Below, piece by piece: positions 23,354 to 36,500 of a stretch of DNA of 58,119 bases. The position numbers and the translations under genes are program-made. This DNA comes from Coniocarpon cinnabarinum (Eukaryota). Position 1 is the stretch's first letter; each line of letters begins with the position of its first letter. Where the stretch lies: the NCBI GenBank assembly GCA_051942205.1, contig JAVECO010000153.1:1-58119 (forward strand), written 5' to 3'. The notes below the pieces were generated by a model, which was not told where the DNA came from, made no database searches, and was given only the letters and a program-made list of their open reading frames with translations.

Positions 23354-24411
23354 AAAGAATCGTTGATTTTGGATTATTGTGCTTGACACATATACTAAGT
23401 GAGCTCAGTACTTAAACAAATAAGCTAGTTGACGTGGTGTTAAAATGCTATTGTACGATATATCCTTTAACCTGCAGCTAAGCCTAAATAAAACAAATTT
23501 TATAGCCATATAAATCAGGCAATATTTCGTGTTGCACATTACTAAGTACCGATCCGCCTAGTAATCCTGCATAAATCTGTGTGCCAAAGCTTCTACAAAG
23601 CTTGAAACATTTCAAATACGCGGGGAAAAGCCTCTCACACTCTCTGAAAGCCCCCTCAAGAATATTTTAGTAGTAACAAGGACGCGATAATAGTCCTAGA
23701 CCAAACGGATCCTTCTACGCTGCAAAGAGAGGCTACCTGCAGATCTGGAGCGGAAGCAGTAACGCTGAAAGTATTTAATAAATAATCGGTATCGGAGTGC
23801 TCAGAATTAGCTACAGTACACGTCTTTGTAAAATTGTAGAAAATGCGCTTGTTTTGGCGGTGTTTGGGTTGCTTGAAGGCAAAGTATCAGGAGATTTTCT
23901 CGCCACGGGGGGATTCTCGGCACGCAGGGAGGGACGTTAGACAAAGTTTCGGGTAGCATTGCCTTTCTTGCTAGTGTAGCGTTAAGTTGTGCTTGCTGAC
24001 GTACTGCAGGTAGGTGATGTTGCTAATCGTCTTACTTTGCATAAGTAAGATGCAACAGAGAAGAAGTTACCTGCAAGAAAGGCGATGGTTATATCAAATT
24101 ATAACATGTCAAGGAGCTGATGGGACTTGAGAAGGTCTTAACACACAACTCAGATACAGATTCAATGTAAGTGATGTGTACCTAAAGCTAATGCTGCTGC
24201 TTGACTTGTGAAGAAGTGCACGTGCAATGTCAAGAATCTCGCTTCCAAAATTAGCCACTAAGATCACTGTCTGTAATTGCGTAGCTGCTCGTCTCAAACA
24301 CAGTAGTCTCCCTTCGACACCAGCACTGCGTTAGATCCACAAATAACGTCTAAGGTTGTTGTGCATGCAAGCTGCTCTCTTTTAAAATTATTTTATGATA
24401 ATCTTGACTGC

Positions 24412-26870
24412 TTACAGGCAAGACTTTTCAACACTCTGTCGTAGACTAGGACACGGGTTAGCGCCGTGCAAAATGTTATGGCTGTTTGCTGCATGAGTCT
24501 TGAATCCCTGGTGCCCGCAGCACATAAAGTCACATGCCGGATGTGGGCACTGAAACTCGGCTAAGGGATGCATGTACTGCAGGTGGGAATTGTGTACGTG
24601 CCGCGTGAGGCTATCTTTCCTTGCGAACGAGTAGGTCCGGCTTGGCGCTGTGATGTCCTTATTGCCGAGGCAAAACAGGCACACAGTGCTTGGGCACATA
24701 ATAGGGAAGAGATCTGGCTCGTCTTCGTGATTAAAGGTGTCTAGCTCTTTAAGCTCCGACATAAGTGCTGCTGAGACTTCACTTTGTAGGTGTGAAGCGT
24801 TCTGCCGCGGCGTCTCTCTCTTAACGGTTAGGGCAGCCATGTCGTTGATTGCACCGCACCTTCGAGCGCGGCACGTACTGCCATCCGAGTCTTTAATTTT
24901 TAGCGCTCTAAATAGGTCGACGGCGAGGCGAAGTCGTTCCTCAAACGCATGAGTGGGAATCGCTGTAGCTAGGAGCTCGCCATCAGTAGCGCAAGATCGG
25001 TTAAGGCCGGACTGGAGCTGCGCTTCGACCTCTTTCGTGTCAATTGCTTCGAAGAACGCGGTCTTAATCTTTGTTAGCCTGTCACTAAGTAGAGTTTTCT
25101 CTATACTGTCGTAAGTACGCCCTAGCCGGAGGAACTTCGTATGACCGGGTGTACCGGTGGCGTTCTTAAGAAAGCTGTGAGCGCGGATGAGCTCCCCTCT
25201 TAAGCTCGACCTCTTACGCGTAAGCGCAACTAGCTCTGGGTCCCGCCTGACTTCCGCCTTTTGCTCGTCAGTTAGCGATTGTGGGACCCGGGGATCGCGG
25301 TCGAGGCTCATTCGGCCGACTGCCTTAAACAAAGCTTGACGCGCGGGCATCCCGAGGTATGCGGACTGCACATCAGCTCGCACCTGCTGCTGGATGTAGT
25401 GACGGAGGAATATTTCAGACCTGGTGTGACCAAGCACCTGATTGCGCTCAGCGTCGGTCGCTGTACCTGTGTACGCAAGAATTAGTAACTCAGTGTCAAT
25501 GGGTCAAGGGAGAAAACTTTGTCGCGACTTTACCATTGACCGCATTTGCCGTTCCCCGACGCAAGCAGTAGGGAGTAAGCGGCCTGCGGAAGCCGGCTCC
25601 GCTTCCCAAGCCTCGAAGATACTTCGTAAAGACATCATACCCAAGAGCCTTGTGAGGAGAAGTTGTGATACCATCTTTTGTCCGTATTGAGCGCCGGAAA
25701 ATAGGCACGTCGCGCATAGACTCCTTCCACCTTAAATGTAGGCTGTTGCGCTCGGCAGGGACATGTAGACCATACACGTCTTCTGGGTGCTAAATACCAG
25801 CGGCCTCGAAGGCTTGGTCCGCGAGCGCAAGCGCAAGGAAGTGGAGGATTGGACACAGGGCAAGGTTGTCCTCTCGCTCATGGAACAGATATGTAGTCCT
25901 GGGACGGTGTTATGTATGCGCGAGTAATCTAAGGATAAGACAACTTACGGTTTCTTAGTCTGCCTGTTTCCTTTCGTGAATAGTAGAGTAACCTCCATGA
26001 CAACGACGTTTCTAGCTGGCTCTTCAGGGTTAGGAATTATTAAGAGACGGACGTCATTATAAGTAAGGCACTCGTTGGTCCCAGCGGCACAGGCCGCCTC
26101 GACTAGTGCGCCAGGCCTAGAAGAGGTGTATGCAATCACCAGAAGCAACAAGGCAAGCTGCACCCTCTGGCGCTCAACGGGGAACGTAGAACGATCGAAT
26201 GCCCACAGGTGGTGCAACGTGACAAGGAGATCTTCTACGCTCATGACCGGCTTCTCTCGGGCCGTGAGATCGAGGCCATACTCGTCGGGAAATTGCTTAT
26301 GAAGCAGCTATATACGGACAGTCAGTCAAATGCTTCATGAGTCAGCTAGAGCGCTCGACACGACCGTGTACTTACCCCATGCATCTCGATTCGGATCTGG
26401 AGGTCGACCTGTTGGCCGGTCTCGTCTTGAAATAGGCAAAGCATGTTCTTCCACTCTGTCCAGACACCGCTCTGCTTAGCAAAGTTCCCTGTACTTAGGC
26501 GGTATTGGAAGTATCGGCGGAAATCCTCAAGCCGAGCGTCTTGGAACATTCGACAAGCGTCGATATCGTCACTGTACATAATTTTGCAGTATCTAGAAGT
26601 CGTGTTAATAGATGGTAGGTAATATATGCCAACCTTAGCCTCCTGTTAAAAAGAAGCAGTGTTGACAGTACAGCTGCCTTACTGGACCCAGTAGTTCCAC
26701 ACACGAGACATAGCCTGTATAGTAGCTTCTGAACGATTTTTCTTTACTCGCGGCGCGTTGCTGAAGCGAGCATCCTTCTGTAATATATAGCTCTTATCCA
26801 CGGGGACGGTGGAAGCGCTACGACCGCAGCTTCGGCGACTATTATTGTTTTTAACGTTTCCTCGACCCAT
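24412..26870 (-). pseudogene. DUF3435 tyrosine recombinase (Starship captain) with C-terminal zinc finger; five exons, one premature stop
   Basis: REKPVMSVEDL, YTSSRPGALVE, TKG, LCPILHFLALALADQAF, YCLRRGTANAV, RNQVLGH...FLRHY...DVQSAYLG, RDPRVP, CLFCLG..F.RKDSLTRH, CPHPAC. Introns 26593-26682, 26308-26375, 25899-25948 and 25467-25533. In-frame TAG at 25790-25792. Confidence 0.9.
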
Positions 26871-28335
26871 AGTCGACGCGGTATTGAGACAGAGTCGAAT
26901 GGCAAAGAATAGAAATAACGCGTCTTAGCGTATAAGTAGACGAAGCAGACGAGTGTAAGCGCGCCAAAGCAGGTTGAAAACCTATGGTAAATGTAGGGTA
27001 ATGTTAAGGGAAGCAAATCTAGAGGAAGACGCAGAGAGAGGGAAAGGGCAGGCGTCTTTATAGGTTCTGCACATTTAGCTGACTTAGGCCACTGCCTGGG
27101 CCACATTGCGAGAGATGTGCACATCGTCCACAGATTAACAGAAGAACCTCAATTCTGGCGTGTAGGAGGCAGGAACTTGAACCAGAGCGCTTCGGTAGTG
27201 AGGGCGATGGTGACAGGTCCATTTGGAGGCTTCGTGGCACGGTGTGGAAAGGCTGCCGATTCCTGCCGCCAAGGCGCCGCTTTCCCGCTGCACATTCACC
27301 GGGAAGATGTTTATATAGGTACTTTTGTGTTTAATTACCGATGAGATGCATATTAAATAAACGCGCCCTCGACACTCTCGTTAAGATTTTCATAATACGA
27401 TATTGATAAGGTGTTGTGGCCTCGTGCGCGATGATGAGGTTTGCCAGAGATTCTTAGCAGAGTATCGCCTCGAAGACCCTCGGCGGCAAAGTAGAGATGT
27501 GCATAGGTCCTTGTGCTGACCAAGCATATCAGCTTTCACGCATCCAAGTCGACCACATGCAGGAGGTTCTCAGCCTGCCCGTCTCTGACTTCGATAATTG
27601 GATGCGATGCTTCTTCGAGTCATGTCGTGCTTTCGCGAGGCAGACACGGAATGTTTTTCGACGCGAAAGCGCCTAAACGAGAATCGAGACCGAAGCGCCA
27701 GGGGCAGAAAAGTGGTGCATGTGGTATGTCAACTACATATGTATCAACAGAGGAACAGCTGACTGAATAGTGGCAGCAGTTGCTGCTGTGTTGCGATACC
27801 CATAGACGCCACGTTTTCATACTTCGCCAGCTGATTAGCTACATAACCCTCGTGCACATTAACTCTAGGTCGAATTCCACTGGCGCCCATGTTCGTGTTA
27901 CAAGGTGGAGGAGCTGGCTGACTAAAGCAGTGCTTGTGACGTGATGGAGGGCACCGATGGCTATTGAACCATGAGTTTCAGGCTGTGCTAAGAGGCAAAT
28001 CTGGCTTGATCTTGAAGGAGAGGAAAGACGCCTCGAGGGCCGCGCGCTGGAGTCGTCGTAGGCTCTCGGTCCAAGCAACGAGCCTGCGCGATCAACAAGA
28101 CTCAGTCACAAATTCATTAGGTGAGGAAGGAAAGCCCTCTGCGACTCACCAGTTGCTAGACATAGTGCGGCAACTGCATTTTGTGAGGAACACGGGAGGG
28201 CTAACACGTGACGTGAGTATTGAGAGGGTTTAATACCGTTTGTGGCAGGTGGTGATATTGGTTGTACGCGTTGAGAAAACCCTCCGCGCCACGCTGTTTT
28301 TCATCTTCTCTTTAGCTCAGCTGCTATTGAATACA

Positions 28336-28397
28336 GCGCCTGTAAAAGTCCTATACGCTTTGCACCTGTAGAAATCTTATACGCTTTGCGCCTACAA
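28336..28397 (+). repeat. 26-bp tandem repeat, ~2.4 copies
   Basis: gcgcctgtaaaagtcctatacgcttt / gcacctgtagaaatcttatacgcttt / gcgcctacaa. Confidence 0.75.
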
Positions 28398-28847
28398 TTG
28401 ATCATGGTGGTGAATTACCTTTGACATCAAGGCCACCTTTCCCTCTCACCTGCCCCCCGCTCTCGCGAATGTTGCCCAGCTGCAGCACTTATCTCCGCAT
28501 CCTAGGAACGGCACCTTTAAGTCCAAGAATTTGCTAGGTCTGCCCTTCATTCAGCCGGTTGCAGGAGGTGTCGTGCATGTGCGCAACACCTAAATTGAGT
28601 TACTGTTTTCTAGTAACATGTCTCCCATGCGGTGCGATGGGCTGCAAGGGATGTTGGTGTAGGAACGTCTTGCTTGTCGTCCTGGTCGCCGACACAACTC
28701 GACATGACGGTAGCGATCGTTCTTTGCGTTCTGTTCAAAAGCTATCAAACGCAACAACTTGCCGTTTCAAATTCGGCGAATATCCTGTGCACGTGTCAGC
28801 TTGCGCGCAACTCTCGATGGCATCACTCTCAAAATATCGTTAGGGTG

Positions 28848-30211
28848 ATGTCTTCTTTCATTAGAGTCTTGGCTGCTTGCGTGGAATGCCCAACGTTGAA
28901 TACAAGGGCGAACTGAACATCTTGCATCGGCGGGATCTCTTTCCTACTGATCAAAGCCTGTTTGCAATGCTGCGACTAAATGTTAGCGGATTGTGCTGCA
29001 TTACTTGAACGTCCAAGATCCAAGCTCTTAGTAGCACCAATCCATCTGTCCAGCTAAACTGACTTCAGCGCCTTCCTGAGTGTGTCGTCAAACAGCTCTG
29101 TGAGAATGAGCGGAGAAGGTGTGAGCCAGAATGTTGAGATTACATTCAGATTTCGTGATCATTCCAGATCCTCTGTCAATATCTGGTACTGGGATGGACG
29201 CACTGTCCAAGGCCAGTGGCATTACATGCACTATCATCCTGAGTGGTGGTCGTGGCTTGGTCTGAACGACACGAGAGATTCCGCAATGATGAGTAAGAAG
29301 TTTCCGTTAGAAGATCACAGTTTGCATTGGGCAAAACACGCATGTTTAGTCAACGACGTTCTTATGTAAGATGTCATTATGAGGAAGCTTGGTGTAGCTC
29401 TCGAAAGGCTATACATGCATACTCCCAGCAAGGACTCCGTGCCCTTCACATCCAAGAAGCGTGTTTCAGCTAACAGGCGTTCACGTAGAGTTCCTAGTCA
29501 CAGACAGCGGCGACGGTCGTGTATGGGCTGAGCATGAACCGGTCACTGTACAATTTGAGTTCGCCACCGATCGTATGCTTGTCACAACCGGGAGACAGCC
29601 AACTCAGCATGGTAGGAAAAGCAATTGGACATACCGCGACATGCCGGTGCTCACGTTCGGCACTTACAATGGAAACGTGATGCACATGCGCTTCGAGGAG
29701 ATGTGGAGACACTCGCCTACTAGCGAAGGACTTCAAAAGGTGCTCGTGCCACAGATTGTGTATCCTGATGGCCGAAAATTCTGCTTCAATCGAAGGGCGA
29801 CAGTGCACCACTCTATGTACACAGAGGTACAAGTGTCTGGCACACTACCACCGGATTACGGGGCGCAGCTACCTGGGCGTTGGGCCTATCATCCAGGGCT
29901 TGTAAGTGGTCGTCGTAGCAACAATGCCAATCTATCCCGAGAACAAAAATGCTAGACTGACGTTTGCGTAGACACTGATGCCCTGGATCTTACTGGAGCT
30001 TGCGCTACGTCGGCATTTGCTTCCTGAACGTTTCATACGGGATCCCTCCGAATCCGGCACTCAGCGACATGAGGGCGACATCAGCTTTCCAGAGCGTCGT
30101 TTCCCGACGCTCTTGCGAAGGTTGGGCCAGCTTGGATTTACTTCCCCTGCTCCAGAAGCGGACACAGGGCACAGACGAGAGCGAGGACGGTCGCGATCTC
30201 AGCGTGATTGA
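28848..30211 (+). CDS. Possible multi-exon orphan protein gene; structure uncertain
   Basis: Consecutive same-strand ORFs (29082-29369, 29461-29955, 29978-30211) with intron-like gtaagt...ctgac..tag at ~29902-29971. No recognisable domain. Confidence 0.35.
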
Positions 30212-33200
30212 TGACCGAGACTCTCCGCCGTGAAAAAAATGACAATATGCTAGGAGAAAATCCACGCCTCAATGATCTACTTTGCGCCGGCAATGGATAC
30301 GTTTGGGTCCTTGGAGCGGCACCAGTTGTTCTCACCGAGAGGGGGAAAAGGTAAGTGGCATTCTACGACGGCGGAGGATGATGTATGATATCATATTTGA
30401 GTTTGTTGACCACCGGCTATCTTTGATGTCGAATATGACAGGTGCTATTGCGTGAAACTTCCAGTCAGCTCGAGTCTGCAGATGTAGTGCAACCGTCAAC
30501 AACACGTAAATGACTTCTAGCAGCTCCACTCAGCATGAGCAAACGTGCGTGAAGGGGCACAAGGGGCAATAGACCGTATAACTTCAGCTCCATTCAAACC
30601 AAGCAATTTTCGGCCTTGTTGACCATCAACGCATTCTATATCGAGTTCGAGCTTTAGCAGTGAAAACAGCCATCATCCCTCGGATGCTGAAAAAGTTCCA
30701 AGACTTTGATGATGCAGTTAAAACAAAGAATTCAGCTCTGTAAAGATATCTAGTGTTCGAACCTGTGTGCTCTCCTAGAGATGACTGAATGCTTAATTAG
30801 ACACTCTTGGCATTGCAAGCATGTCAGGCTGAAGCAGATGGCTAACAGCGCTACGACGAAATCGAAGATCCAGCTTAGTATATGCAAGGTAGTCCACAGC
30901 GTGAGCTAATGCAGGATGATTCAAGCTAACACCTAGGGGATACTGGAATCACATAATCGATATTCCGTGCTCAGATGCTAGCGGTCTTGCAGGGCATTTT
31001 TGGTGACGTGGTGATGATGTCTGGCATTGCTTGGAAGGATCAGCCAACGATAGACCATGATGCTTCAACTAGATCAACGACGTACTGTTCAAATATCTCG
31101 TTCGCACTTCGGACAGCCTTCTCTTCCCCCCTTTTGAATGTGCCAAATGGCGCCTCTTGTGCCTTGGTTGACGAGTGGCTTCTTGTCTCTGAGATCGCAT
31201 CGTGAGCGAGCAAAGAGCATCTAAAGTACCCATTGAGACACCTGAGAACTTGGCACTGGGAGTTGATCGGGTTGTAGCATTAGTTCGAAGTGGCTTTACA
31301 TACAAGTACGACAAATCCACGTGACTGACCCAGTGTTTCAACTTAAATGCCGCGGGTTGGAAGTCTTGAAGCATCGCACACGCAGTCTGAATGTTCAAAT
31401 AACAACTCTGAGCAAAGCAAAGGGGGGTCATTTCTAGTATCAATAGCTGACCTCTCCTTTCAAGATGTCAGAAAATGTTTATTGCAGCTCTTCCTAGACG
31501 AAAAGCAATGATGCACATCTTCATCAATCCGCCTGAAAGCGTTCGGCAAAACTTCGAGGCAGCTTGCCAGAAAGCTTTAGAATGTCAGGTATTGATGCAT
31601 CCCCCGCTCCTGTGCTGATGCTTGGCATTAACAGACTTGCAGAAGTTGCATTACTGAAAGCAGTACCTGCTTAGCGGCATGCATCTTGCATATTTCACTG
31701 TTTGTCACAAGTCTTTCAATGCATGTGGTCAATAGACGTAATGGTGACTCAAATCCTATATGCAAACGCCGAGAGGGGCTGAAACTAGCACGAGTACTTG
31801 GGAGAAGTGCTGGTTGTCTGAAGTTCGATCGATACTTCAAATATGCAATTCGCCGTGTGCTGAATGATGATGCTCATCTTCAACTACAGAAGGGCCAAGA
31901 TCTATGTAGAAGGTTCTGAGTCTCGAGACGCTGTGTGTCGTCCTTCGCGACTGCCATTGAATTTACAGTCCTTTTAAGTCAAAGCGCGAAAAATAGCTTA
32001 GCGAACTGATTGCACTGCGGAGGATGATGGGGTCTGCCAAAGCTCGCTCTCTTACCCTCTTTGCACTTCATCAAAAAATATGCCGTAACGTTGGCCGTAC
32101 GGAAAGTACGTTTTGCCTGAGGGTAGTCTGCCTAGGTCACTGTAAATCCTCTGCGAAGTCTTGAGAATGACAGAGACTTATTCACTAAAAACTTTTGATG
32201 ACACTATTCATCACATCGCGAAATTGAAGCATACATCTCATCAAGCATACATTCAGCAGCTTGACAGTGACGTTTTATTCTTGATAAATCCGAATGCCCC
32301 TAAGCTTATCAGAAGCTGACAGCTCTCCAGTAATGCAGGTAACTACCGAACTTGTCAAAATGTAGCGCAAATCGTCAATATGCCTTGACACCGTCGTCAG
32401 CATGCACGCTCAAGCATAAAAGCGGGGCATGACAGTACCTAAGTTCCGCGAATATATTGAGGGACGAGTCAACCCTGGTAGCAACGCAGACGAGCAAGTG
32501 GATACCAAGAATCTCCGGGAGAGGGGCAAAGAGGTATGGCTCTTCGCGAGAGCCTTTACTCGATTTGATTCACCAAATATTTTTGGAAAACGCTGTAACA
32601 CCTCTCATCATCAGCGCCAAAAGTTTGGAGCGCATCATCGCACAGTCACAAAAAATTACGCTACGCATGTGCACGTCGAGAAAAATTCTAGCATGTATTC
32701 CGGTGTGAGACTGGCCCCTGCTCTATAAGGCTGTTGTCCAGATCACTGAGTAGAGACCTTTTGAGCCGCATCCTATGCAACATAGAGAGTTTTGAGACTT
32801 TTGTATTGTCACCGCCTATTTTTTCATCCAGCGTTATCGCAGTCGCAATGCCACATGGAGGACCTGAGAATAGGTTCCGCTGCAGAAGGAGAACTGTTGG
32901 CAAGGTCTTATTGCTGCAGCGTATCGCTTTACAAGTATATTAGAGCATCTGAAGCCTCGATATAGATGACCTCGTCTTTTGTCTGACTTTTAAACATATT
33001 GAACAAGACTAGTCGCTGACATTACCTTTCAGTAAGTGTCCGAATACTGATTCTCCAAGAAAAGAGCTAGTAACCAAACTCAAGTACGAGAGCTTACTCA
33101 AGATGATGTTATTCTGTGAGCGACACAGAGTCGCCTCATGATCTATACACATGCCTTTTCATGACTCAACGACAGAGTACTGTTGAGCAACGTTTTCCCT

Positions 33201-33576
33201 CCAGCGCCGCGCTTATATAATTACACTGTAATGTTCAGACCCCTTCCCAATGCTATGCCTATGCATTATGCCTCTATGTCGTGTATTCGTCCCCACCGAA
33301 ATGCGCTTGATGATACCTCCGTAATCCGACGTTGCTGCTTTGTCACGTTACAGAAATAGAATAGACAGTGCCACCCAGGAAGAATCCCAGTGCGAGGCAG
33401 GTACTTCTTGCTCGTGTGCAACTCGTCCACGTATGCTCTGGTAAAGTGCTTGCTTCCAGTTTCACTGCTTGCTTCATTGCATTTTGCCAGATTGAATTTC
33501 GTCTCTGTCTGTGATAGAGTTGAGCTCAAATTTTCCTCAAACAAGAAGTGCTTTGCGCTCGACATAAGTGACGCCA

Positions 33577-36500
33577 CTAGGATACTCCCCTGGCGGATGG
33601 CTCGTTGCTCTTTTGTGCCTGCTCCCTGGCCCGAGCAGCGAGTGTGGACCGAACTTTCTTGGACATCTCAAGGAGTTTGCTGCCATCTACTCCAAGACCG
33701 AACCAGTAAAATTTGCCCACGTGGTCCCAGCACCGAGTTTCGAAAGAGCCTCCATAGGTCTGATGTCGGTCATCGATGAACGTGATGACCAACTCGATCC
33801 ATTTCTGCATCGGCCCAGAGGCTTGGAGCTTCTCCACTGGATCGGCCGAGTGGCGGAATTTGAGGTATTCCGTCTTAAGGGCCGGGAACTTCTCCGTGAT
33901 GGGCTGCATCAGGAAATCCAAGCTGCCCGAAGATTCCTTGCTCGGTCCCGCAGAGTTGACTCCATTCTTGGTATGCTCTGGGCTTCGCGACTTGTGGCCG
34001 GAGTGCTCCCGATTGTAAACTGGATGGTTGACGCCTTCTGACACTCGCGCCTTGTTGGGCCGCCCGAGGTCATGCTCGCTCGCATCCATGTGATCAGATT
34101 TTCGTTTGGTGCCCTGGCTCGACTGTGGCCGGGCATGGTGTTTGACATGGTCGGGCCTGTCGCCAGTGCCATCGCCATGCGTCACCAATGGAGATCGAGG
34201 TCGGTCCCCGTTCGAAAGTCGATGCTTGAAAGCTTTTGAGTCCGCTCGAGGACGGGGAGAAGAGGCTCCGCTAGTGCGCGCAGTCGAGGAGTCGTGGCCG
34301 TTGACATGTGTTCGATCCCGATGGCGATCGTGTGAAGGGCTACCAGAAGCTCGCCCAGGTTCTTGGTATTTCTCTTGTTCCTTGCGTGCCTTCAGCTTGG
34401 AGTCACGCTCACGTCGCTTTTGCCGTTTGAGAGTTTCTGGATCGCCGTCAATATCGCGCTTGTTGTTTCGGTGATGATTAATGACAGCTTCGTGCGCTTC
34501 TTTGTCAGCACCATCGGTCGCAATGTCAACAACAACATCCAGAAGGTAGTCTGCACGCCGGACCAAGTGGGGACCTGCTGGTGTTCGACTCTTGGTACCT
34601 TCCGTGTCTCGCTTGCTTTTTTCCGCGACGTGAGCTTCATCAAGGAAGAATTTGCCCTGCATACCGAGTTCGGGATCTGCCATAATCTTTCGCCACTGCC
34701 CATGGCCGTATCGAGCGACGCCAACAGCCAGCATCGCATCTTCTCGTGGGCCCCACTCGGTGTCAAACTGACTATCTTTGATGGCTTGTGGGATGGTAAA
34801 GCGCGGGATGTCAGCGATCTTGTCAACAAACTGCTTCAAAGTGCGCAACATGTAGGGTCGTCGAAGAATGGTGGCAGAGTTGATGCGGCGAACACCTTTG
34901 TGCTCGAACAGGACTGCTTTCTGATTCTTCTTGGCCATGGATTTATCGTTGCTATCAGCGCGAGACTGCAACTCTTTGCTTTTGTTGTCAATATTTGACT
35001 GCGCAATGTCAATGACTTCTTGAAGACTGGCTTTGACCAAGTCAGGATTCTTCTTCTGCAGACGCGAAAGTTTCAGAAAGTCTTCTGGACGATCTTCGAA
35101 ATAGCCAATCGCCTTGAATGTGTCCATGAGACGTCGGAACTCTCGATCTGTGAGCTCCTCGTCCGGATCGACATCCGAATCTGACTTGCTATCGTCGTCG
35201 TTGCTTTCGCCATCCGAGACAGGTGCTTCCACAAGTTCGCCTGGTCGCTTCTTCACCGATCGGTCGCGTTTGCCAGTGGCAGCGAAAGACTTGGACTTGG
35301 CAGATCTAGGCGCACCTTCTTCGTTCATTTTGCGCGCAAGCTCGGCATCCTTCCTCTTCCGATCTTCGTCGGCAAGCCGGTCGCGATCAGATTTGGGGAT
35401 GATAGAGTCCCAGTCATCCTTGTCCATCGTGATATCCTCATAGGCGAACTGATTCAGGAACTCATCATCATTCATGGCGCCCACGCCTTCCATCTGCTGT
35501 GTCTTTGTCTCTTCGGCGTGCTCAAGTACGGCGTCGATGTCGAGATCTTCCAACTTCTTCTGGTTGCTGGCTTGCTCAAACATCTTCTTGCCTCGCTTTT
35601 GCAAGATGCGACTGATGTCCTCTGCGCCCTTCGCCTCTTCCATGCTGCGACCCTCGGATTGCATCTTCTTCTTAAACTCGTTGGTCTCTTTCTGGTTGAA
35701 GCCGCGCTGAATGGTGATGTATTCGAGCAAGAGCTTGTTGCGAGCACGCTCTAAGATTTCCTCCTCGATCGTATCGCGTGACACGAAGCGATAGATGGTG
35801 ACAGGCTTGGTTTGCCCGATGCGATGAGCTCGTGCCATTGCCTGCAAGTCGGCTTGAGGATTCCAATCAGAATCGAAGAGGATGACGGTATCAGCAGTGT
35901 AAAGGTTGATGCCCAGACCGCCAGCACGAGTGGAGAGCAGAAAAGCGAAGTCTTCGCTGTCGGGAGCATTGAAGTGGCTCATGGCGTGGTTCCGTGCAGG
36001 CGTTGGCGTACTTCCATCTAGACGCTGGTACTTGTGATCTCGCAGTTGGAGATATTGCCCGATCAAATTGAGCATACTGACGAAGCCGCTGAAGATTAGC
36101 ACACGGTGACCGTCCTTCTTTAACTTTGTCATGAGCTGATCCAGCAACATCATCTTGCCACTGTTGACGATGAGTCCACGGAGAACGTCTTCACGAGCAG
36201 TGTGCTGGTTCAAGTACACCTCTTCGACGTTCGGGAAGAGGTATGGATGTATGCTGGCCTTCTTGAGCTCAATCATAAGATTGCTCAAGCCGATCTTGGC
36301 TCCATTGCTGGCTTGACTCAAGGCTTCGTAATTGCGGGTCAGAAGGTTTTTGTAATATTGAAGTTGCAGATCAGATAGCTCAACCCGGATTATCTTCTCG
36401 GTTTTGGGAGGCAAGTCCCCAGCGACTTCTTCTTTCGTGCGTCGGACCAAATGGCGACGAAGCTCCTGTCGGAGACCTTCAATCTGCCGGGCTTGGAGAT

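Larger units (their letters stand above)
19311..23937. mobile_element. Non-autonomous pogo/Fot1-like TIR element (5'-ACGTCC, TA flanks) carrying an NLR gene
   Basis: TA|acgtccgtccctgcgtgccgagaaaccccccgtgccgagaaa (19311-19352) vs the reverse complement of 23896-23937, acgtccctccctgcgtgccgagaatccccccgtggcgagaaa: 39/42 identical. Internal direct repeat gtgccgagaa; TA on both sides. Confidence 0.9.
1..27400 (-). mobile_element. Putative Starship giant transposon or remnant; both boundaries unresolved, left end probably outside the window
   Basis: The captain is at the right edge, transcribed into >24 kb of accessory genes (NLR, dynamin-like, TPR, DUF3716) and transposons, with no housekeeping genes. 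RIP signal fades to the right of ~27.1-27.4 kb. The extent is inferred. Confidence 0.55.

Noticed and set aside
26871..28500. Search for a Starship target motif or a split 5S rRNA gene at the boundary
   Set aside because: No recognisable 5S sequence or unambiguous direct repeat by eye; the other end is probably not in the window.
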